Positions 39,272 to 44,723 of a stretch of 64,000 bases of DNA are shown here, piece by piece. Numbering within the stretch: the first letter of the stretch is position 1; every line of letters starts with the position of its first letter. The notes under the pieces were generated by a model. It saw nothing but the letters and a program-made list of their open reading frames with translations, did no database searches and was not told the origin of the DNA. The stretch is from Candidatus Saccharimonadales bacterium (GTDB lineage Bacteria; Patescibacteriota; Saccharimonadia; Saccharimonadales; UBA10212), in contig JBEKOJ010000001.1 of the NCBI GenBank assembly GCA_049521895.1, positions 98,717-162,716 of the forward strand, written 5' to 3'. The position numbers were made by a program, and so were the translations under genes.

Positions 39272-39375
39272 GCGTCAAGCCGGGTAAAACCGGCACTCGG
39301 CTCGCATACGCGATGCCGCCGCATGGCTCAGTCTGAGTCATGGTCACGGCAGCTTCGCCAAAACGGGCAAAACCT

Positions 39376-39419
39376 GGGCCCGGTGACTGTGAAGTCACCG
39401 GGCCCTCTCTTTATGTTTT
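39376..39419 (+). terminator. GC-rich terminator ending the collagen-like block
   Basis: GGGCCCGGTGAC-TGTGAA-GTCACCGGGCCC (12-bp stem) followed by TCTCTTTATGTTTT. Confidence 0.7.
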
Positions 39420-39451
39420 CGCAATCATCATATGCTTTTTAAATAGCTTTA

Positions 39452-39730
39452 TTTTGGGGTATGATGAAAAATAATTTTGCTAGCCTGAATGGCAGCAGTC
39501 ATCTTCTTTTCCAAAGAAGCAAATAATTTTGTCACCTTTTACCGAAAAGGTGACACCAAACTCTCGGCTGCTTCCTCACCGTGACTTGATTGTTGGTAAA
39601 AATCAAGGCTCGCTAAAGAACTCCTCGCTGAACAGTCCTCGACTACTCAACTTCGTCGAACATGCTTTAGCGCCCAAGGACGCCTGATTTCCACAACATC
39701 AAATCAGGGCTCGAAAGATGCCGAACTTGC
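39452..39730 (+). repeat. structured element copy B (junction motif c + core at 39607-39684)
   Basis: Starts TTTTGGGGTATGATGAAAAATAATTTTGCTA. Its hairpins differ from copy A at equivalent positions (GTCACCTTTT-ACCG-AAAAGGTGAC; CTTGATT..AATCAAG), followed by the same core. The 3' hairpin is CCTGATTT..AAATCAGG. Confidence 0.85.
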
Positions 39731-39748
39731 TAAATCCAGTTACATACA

Positions 39749-40411
39749 TCAATCAGCGCGAAGTTGCTCGTGATACTGACTAACCCACTCAAACTCTTGA
39801 GCCCCAATACGACCCGCCTCTTCTAGCATATTCATAGCAGAGGCAAGGCCATTAATGGCTACCATGTCATACCCCGCATCACTAACTACTTCGGCGCCAC
39901 CTTCTTCTCTGTCAAACATAATTACAAAACCTTGGGTGCTAAGCATCACCTCACCCAATGAAGCGACAGCCTCAAGTTTTGAAGCGGCGTTTGTAATGAC
40001 ATCATCTAGATCAACTACGGTATCTCCTTCAACGAAGTCGCCTTCTATAGGTGTATGTACTCCATATTCTTGGTCCCCAACTCTGCCCCAAAGTATTGAA
40101 TCACCCCTTAACTGTGCGACCATGCCTCCCAACGGGGTCATGGATTGGGGTATACCGTATAAATGTTCATAGGGTTTACCGAGGTCATCGATCCCAATTG
40201 AATAAGCTTCCACAGCTAGGTCGCGGATTCGACGCTGATTATCTAGTGAAAGTCTGCTATTTTTTGCGAAAGAAGTAATCCCGCGCTGATTGTAGTAAAG
40301 AGGAGATCTTCGCCCTGACTTTAGTGTCCATGTAAAGTCACTAAACATTAATGCTCCGCGGTCATATAGACCTATGGTCAATTCTTCAAGTTTCGACTGC
40401 TCTAGGGCCAT
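39749..40411 (-). CDS. type I phosphoribosyltransferase, orotate PRTase-like
   Basis: LYDRGALMFSDFTWTLKSGRRSPLYYNQR (PyrE-like N-terminus) and a PRPP-binding loop TVVDLDDVITNAAS. Confidence 0.7.
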   Translation of the reverse strand: MALEQSKLEELTIGLYDRGALMFSDFTWTLKSGRRSPLYYNQRGITSFAKNSRLSLDNQRRIRDLAVEAYSIGIDDLGKPYEHLYGIPQSMTPLGGMVAQLRGDSILWGRVGDQEYGVHTPIEGDFVEGDTVVDLDDVITNAASKLEAVASLGEVMLSTQGFVIMFDREEGGAEVVSDAGYDMVAINGLASAMNMLEEAGRIGAQEFEWVSQYHEQLRAD

Positions 40412-40526
40412 TACAAAGATTATTCAGCTATTTCTATTTTGACGCAAGCATAAGCAAAATACTTAACGTGCGCGCCCCGTAGGATCTGAAAGATTCCTTC
40501 TGGGGTTAAGTATTCCCTACTCCTCA

Positions 40527-40552
40527 TTTTTGGGGTTCGATGGGAAAGATTT
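40527..40552 (+). repeat. junction motif copy d (TTTTTGGGGTTCGATGGGAAAGATTT)
   Basis: The minus-strand reading gives ..IFPIEPQK-TGA, mimicking the gloA C-terminus IELIESQK-TAA. Confidence 0.75.
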
Positions 40553-40996
40553 GTGACGGGGTTTGCAAGCCAATATTTCGATGGTATAGTTTACTCTATG
40601 ACGGGAGAAATAGGGCCGCCAATATCGCCCGAAGATTTATCACGGGCCTACGTGGAAAATAATAGCCGCCGGATAGACGAAATTATTGCTCAAGAAAGCT
40701 CGGTTTGGCAAGAAGCCATTGACGCTGGCGACGGGTTCTCCCCCTATCACGAGGCTCAGCTGGCGCTGTTGGCGGGTTTAGGCGACCGCGTAAAGACCCT
40801 TGCAAGGCTTTATAGAGTAGAAGAACAGGTAGACAGAGAGTTTTTCTACGATTTGTTGGGCTTCATAAGGGCGACGGATTACGACCCGTCTGACCCTAAT
40901 TCCATACCGCCAACTCGTAAGATTGAGACCGAGCACATAGTTGAAGCCGTGCTTAGCTTACGTGAGCGTAATGCGGGCTTGCAAGAAGCCGCCTAG
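40553..40996 (+). CDS. hypothetical protein
   Basis: 147-aa ORF with a GTG start that exactly fills the space between junction motif copies d and i. No domain recognised. Confidence 0.5.
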   Translation: MTGFASQYFDGIVYSMTGEIGPPISPEDLSRAYVENNSRRIDEIIAQESSVWQEAIDAGDGFSPYHEAQLALLAGLGDRVKTLARLYRVEEQVDREFFYDLLGFIRATDYDPSDPNSIPPTRKIETEHIVEAVLSLRERNAGLQEAA

Positions 40997-41006
40997 CTAC
41001 AGTATG

Positions 41007-41384
41007 TTATTTTTGGGATTCGATAAGTTCGATGCGGTAGCCGTCGGGGTCGCGCACAAAGCAAATCAGGCCGCCGCCGGCACGGACGCTGTATGGCGGT
41101 TTTTCGGGTTCAATGCCCTGTTTGGCCAGCTTAGCCAGAGTATCGGTCAAATTATCAACTCTTAGGGCAATGTGGCCGTAGCCGCTACCGATTTCATATT
41201 TATCAACGCCAAAGTTGTAGGTCAGCTCCAGTTCCGGTTGGGGTTTGTCGGGCACACCGTAAAAATAATTGACCGCCTCGTCGCGGATTGGCAGTTCGCG
41301 GCGCTTTTCCAGCCCTAGCGCCGTATAAAACGCCTCGGACTTCTTAGGATCGGTAATCCGGTAACACGTATGGACTAGCTGCAT
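41007..41384 (-). CDS. gloA: lactoylglutathione lyase (glyoxalase I, VOC family)
   Basis: ELTYNFGVDKYEIGSGYGHIALRVDN and FVRDPDGYRIELIE closely follow the GloA pattern. TATAAT is upstream at about 41393. The last codons (41008-41027) are junction motif copy i. Confidence 0.9.
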   Translation of the reverse strand: MQLVHTCYRITDPKKSEAFYTALGLEKRRELPIRDEAVNYFYGVPDKPQPELELTYNFGVDKYEIGSGYGHIALRVDNLTDTLAKLAKQGIEPEKPPYSVRAGGGLICFVRDPDGYRIELIESQK

Positions 41385-41419
41385 AATCTAATTATAGCTT
41401 GGTCCAGTCTTAGATTTTA

Positions 41420-41446
41420 GGTAGCCGTTGTATATTCGAATTGGAA
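41420..41446 (+). repeat. 27-nt direct repeat, left copy (GGTAGCCGTTGTATATTCGAATTGGAA)
   Basis: 25 of 27 nt are identical to 43426-43452. The two copies bracket the GC-rich three-gene block. Confidence 0.85.
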
Positions 41447-41758
41447 TACTATCTTGGCTGAGCTATCTCGGTGGAAGAGCCTATCTAGAGATGGTAATCT
41501 GTTAGCTTGCTCTACTGGGTAGGAGTGGAACTTGGCCCTCGCTGCTCAACGAGGCTAGAACTCTAATTGCAATTAACGATTATTGGGGTTAATCTCGCTT
41601 TCGTCCTTTTGGACTCGTCAGTATGAACAAACATTCATATAGCGATTCAGGAAAGGGTAGATTCGGAGCAAAAATGCTCGAAACGAAATCTACCCGACCT
41701 GCTGGCGGGGACAGTAATGTCCCCGCCATCCTGCGCAGGTCTGCTCTGGTGCCGCCTT

Positions 41759-42394
41759 CTACCTCGTGAACTTGAACGACGGAGGTCCGGTGATCTGGAT
41801 CTGGCCCGTGGCGTCGTTCCACGTTGCCGCCGCGAAGGTGGAAGCCACGTAGCCCTCCCAGTAGAAGGGGGTGACCGCACCGCCCTTGCCGATGCAGAGG
41901 ACGTACGTTCCCGTGCCGCCGCCCTGGTAGATCCCGTTCGGATCCATGTTCTTGATCGTGATGTTGCCGCCGCCGTTGTTCAGCGGTTGGGAGTTGTCGC
42001 GCTCCGGCTGATCCGGATTGCTGAGCTGGTCTTCGACCTGGATCGGCGCGCCGATCGACGGGCACTGGTACATCGGCGGGCTGGCCTTGGTGCAGCCCAT
42101 CGGCGGGCAGAAGAACGACGTCGACTGGGCACCCACGACCTCGGCGTTCTCGATCTCGATCAGGTTCTGCCGGATCTGGCTCTTGCCGGAGAAGGCCGGC
42201 AGCGGCTGAACCTGCAGGTAGTGGTTCGAGATGACGTCCTGCTGCCGCTGTTCGGTGTCGATCGGGTTGCTGCCCGACGCCAGCGCTGCGCCGGTCGAGA
42301 CCAGCAGAGCGAAGACGATGGCGAACGCAACGCGTCCACGGGTGATCTTGATCGTCAGCGGTTCCGTCCGGCGGTATCTCGGGAACTTCTTCAT
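41759..42394 (-). CDS. secreted Cys-containing hypothetical protein (GC-rich block)
   Basis: Signal/TM segment (VAFAIVFALLVSTGAALA). RBS GAGGAG. A GC-rich hairpin GGCGGGGA-CAGTAATG-TCCCCGCC (41704-41727) lies downstream of the stop. Confidence 0.65.
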   Translation of the reverse strand: MKKFPRYRRTEPLTIKITRGRVAFAIVFALLVSTGAALASGSNPIDTEQRQQDVISNHYLQVQPLPAFSGKSQIRQNLIEIENAEVVGAQSTSFFCPPMGCTKASPPMYQCPSIGAPIQVEDQLSNPDQPERDNSQPLNNGGGNITIKNMDPNGIYQGGGTGTYVLCIGKGGAVTPFYWEGYVASTFAAATWNDATGQIQITGPPSFKFTR

Positions 42395-42407
42395 GTCGTC
42401 AGTCTCC

Positions 42408-42872
42408 TCAGTGGGGGTTGGGTTCCGTCGGGTACGTCTCGTAAGGAGACGCTGGATTCGCTACGTCGCCGTTGCAGTTGGCCTTGATGAAGGCCGCCGA
42501 CGGCAGCGGGCCCTGTGAGGGGTCTACCGTCGAGGCGTCGCTGCAAAGGGTCATGAGCGTATTGAGCCGCTGGTTCCCCAGGGCCTGCTTCTCCTCTTCC
42601 GTCTGGCCGACCATCTGAGCGCCGATCTGGCTGATCTCCTGCATGTCGGCGGTCACCGCCTGGCGCTGGGCCTGCTGGTAGCCGTAGTTGTGCACGTAGT
42701 TGTGCGCCTGGATCTGGTTGATCGTTCCTTGCCGCTTGGCATTCTGGACCTGGAACCAGCCGCCGACGGCCCAGCCGACGACGAGAATCACGACGACCAG
42801 GGCTGCGGCAATCGCTGCGAGGGCCATTCCTGACAGCCCAGCGATGACTCCCTCGCGGGTGTCGTCATTCAT
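42408..42872 (-). CDS. single-TM hypothetical protein (GC-rich block)
   Basis: TM helix LSGMALAAIAAALVVVILVVGWAVGGW. The start overlaps the upstream stop (ATGAATGA coupling). Confidence 0.65.
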   Translation of the reverse strand: MNDDTREGVIAGLSGMALAAIAAALVVVILVVGWAVGGWFQVQNAKRQGTINQIQAHNYVHNYGYQQAQRQAVTADMQEISQIGAQMVGQTEEEKQALGNQRLNTLMTLCSDASTVDPSQGPLPSAAFIKANCNGDVANPASPYETYPTEPNPH

Positions 42873-43107
42873 GAAGTCTCCTCCTTAGCCGTTTCGTTTC
42901 GGCTTCTCGGTCTAGTGAGATCTTACGAACCGCGTACTCATTTGCGGTTATCTTGTCCATCATCACGGCCTCTTCTAGCGCCTTCTGTCGCGTCTCGATC
43001 GACGGGTGTTTCTGCTTGTATCCCTGTCGCAGCAACACCCCGACCACACCTAGAAGGAGGATCGCGATTAGAACGAGTACTCCAACTACTAAGAGTGGGT
43101 TAATCAT
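42865..43107 (-). CDS. small TM protein with SHOCT-like C-terminal helix (GC-rich block)
   Basis: TM helix LLVVGVLVLIAILLLGVVGVLL, then KITANEYAVRKISL resembling the SHOCT motif. RBS GGAGAG. Confidence 0.6.
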   Translation of the reverse strand: MINPLLVVGVLVLIAILLLGVVGVLLRQGYKQKHPSIETRQKALEEAVMMDKITANEYAVRKISLDREAETKRLRRRLHE

Positions 43108-43153
43108 TTCTTGCTACTGCTCTCCTTTCGGATATGGAGCGGGGTGTCAATTT

Positions 43154-43208
43154 CCCTGTTCAGGGTTATCACGCTCATTATTATCAAAGCGCAAAAACCC
43201 TGAACAGG
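43154..43208. promoter_or_regulatory. pair of palindromic 12-mers upstream of the GC-rich operon (candidate operator)
   Basis: CCCTGTTCAGGG (43154-43165) and CCCTGAACAGGT (43198-43209) are about 44 nt apart, 47-100 nt upstream of the first gene start. Confidence 0.4.
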
Positions 43209-43348
43209 TTAACTAGAGCATGTTGTTAAAGTACCTTCGATGTGTTACCACCTCAAAGAAACTGGATTATAATACCACAAATATAATAAACGGTCAATAC
43301 TCGATACTCGTTGCTTAACGAATTAGAATATCAAAAGCACCGGGTAAG

Positions 43349-43452
43349 ACTGGAACCTAAATAACAGAGGTAGTATAAAAATGAGGATTGACTAACTTGC
43401 CAATCCGGATCTGTTATTCAAACTTGGTAGCCGTTGTTCATTCGAATTGGAA
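43349..43452 (+). repeat. duplicated gene-end + hairpin + tRNA-3'-like segment (copy 1), including right copy of the 27-nt repeat
   Basis: ACTGGAACCTAAATAACAG... repeats the last codons, stop and downstream hairpin of the 43513-44100 gene (about 75% identity to 44085-44165 by eye). It ends in CTTGGTAGCCGTTGTTCATTCGAATTGGAA. Confidence 0.8.
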
Positions 43453-43512
43453 CGACCTTAGACCAGAGTTAGCGAGATGGAAGTCTTTGCTAGCAAGTGC
43501 TAACCTAGTCAT

Positions 43513-44100
43513 ATGACAGAACAAACAACAAAAAGCAGCGAATTACTAAATAGTCCGAGATTTGAACTGACTGAACTTGATGGTGATGACGGTATCCCCA
43601 CTCATCTGCACGGCTTTAGGCTGCTATATCAAGCTGATGAAGGCTACGCCTATTCTAAATGTTTTGAAGGCTATCATTTGGGAGTAAACGATGATGATAC
43701 AGAAGAAGTTGACCCTGATTTTTTTAGCATTGAATTAGTAGAGAACAAAACAGGTGAGCCAGGAATTGCTTCTAAACTCATAAGAGCTTCCATAAAAGAG
43801 GCTATAAAAAGAGGTTTTAGCCAAGGCAGAGCTAGGATTTTCAATCCAAAAATCTTGACGATACTCGAGAAAATGCAGAGCGAGGGCCTTGTGTCAGATA
43901 TTGACTGCTACCTTGGAGATGAGAGTACACCCATCCATTTTCCATCAAGCGAATTAGCTGCAAAATATACACCTGTTACTCCAGAAGCAGCTAAACAGCA
44001 TTTAGAGATGTATCCTCATACAGACGACAGGTTGAATGAGGATGCTATAGCTGAAACGGTTTTTAAAATCAATAACCAAGAAGGACTGGAACCTAAATAA
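43513..44100 (+). CDS. hypothetical protein (possibly GNAT-like fold)
   Basis: 195-aa low-GC ORF. There is only weak resemblance of FFSIELVENKTGEPGIASKLIRASIKEAIKRGF to an acetyltransferase motif A region. Confidence 0.55.
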   Translation: MTEQTTKSSELLNSPRFELTELDGDDGIPTHLHGFRLLYQADEGYAYSKCFEGYHLGVNDDDTEEVDPDFFSIELVENKTGEPGIASKLIRASIKEAIKRGFSQGRARIFNPKILTILEKMQSEGLVSDIDCYLGDESTPIHFPSSELAAKYTPVTPEAAKQHLEMYPHTDDRLNEDAIAETVFKINNQEGLEPK

Positions 44101-44183
44101 CAGGGGTAGGAATAAAAAAAGATTAGCCCGTTTGCTAATCTCTATCTGTTACTTAAGCTTGGTAGACCAAACGAGACTCGAAC
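44085..44183 (+). repeat. gene-end + hairpin + tRNA-3'-end-like fragment (copy 2)
   Basis: Hairpin GATTAGC-CCGTTT-GCTAATC, with a T7 run on the minus strand. Positions 44158-44183, read on the minus strand, give GTTCGAGTCTCGTTTGGTCTACCAAG. That is T-loop, T-stem 3' half, 7-nt acceptor, A and CCA, with no 5' half. Confidence 0.75.
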
Positions 44184-44190
44184 TTTAGAG

Positions 44191-44500
44191 TATTTTTGGG
44201 ATTCGATCCTTCGGCCAGCTCAGGACAGGTGAGAAGAATAATTTTTGCTACCCGGAGTGGCCGGGTAGCGCCTGCCACCGGGCGCGTCGCCGGCTCGATG
44301 TATCTGTTGTTTAAAACAGGCTCGCTAAAGAACTCCTCGCTGAGCAGTCCCCGGCTACTCAACTTCGTTAAACATGCTTTAGCGCCCAAGGACGCCTGAT
44401 TTTTACAACGTCAAATCAGGGCTCGAAAGATGCCGAACTTAAGAAGCCGATACCTGTCCAGCACTTATCGCGATAAGTGCTGCGGCCCGGACCCATTTTA
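44191..44500 (+). repeat. structured element copy C (junction motif e + core at 44319-44396)
   Basis: TATTTTTGGGATTCGAT (44191-44207) is 17/17 identical to gloA 41008-41024. A 32-nt insertion follows relative to copy A, then sequence nearly identical to copy A through the core. The 3' hairpin is CAGCACTTATCG/CGATAAGTGCTG, and it ends GCGGCCCGGACCCATTTTA. Confidence 0.85.
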
Positions 44501-44520
44501 TCTTTGGGATTCAACAAGAG
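44496..44520 (+). repeat. junction motif copy f (TTTTATCTTTGGGATTCAACAAGAG)
   Basis: The minus-strand reading gives VESQR-TAA, again mimicking the gloA end. Confidence 0.65.
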
Positions 44521-44525
44521 AAATT

Positions 44526-44723
44526 TTGGTGCAGCAAGTAGGAAAATCTTTACACCTCATCAGGGATGAGATAGCCCGTTGGAGAACTATGCTAGAAATC
44601 CCTTATCGGGAGTATCTAAGTTCTATAATGCAATTAAGTGACACAAGGGATTTATACATGTTAGTAGATAGAATAGATGAGGCGCAGCTTAAAGACACTT
44701 TCGGGCTAGAGCTTACTGACTAG
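44526..44723 (+). CDS. possible small hypothetical protein (start uncertain)
   Basis: This is the 3' part of track ORF 44430-44723. The 5' part overlaps the non-coding repeat, so only TTG/GTG starts at 44526/44529 are plausible. There is no clear RBS. Confidence 0.3.
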   Translation: MVQQVGKSLHLIRDEIARWRTMLEIPYREYLSSIMQLSDTRDLYMLVDRIDEAQLKDTFGLELTD

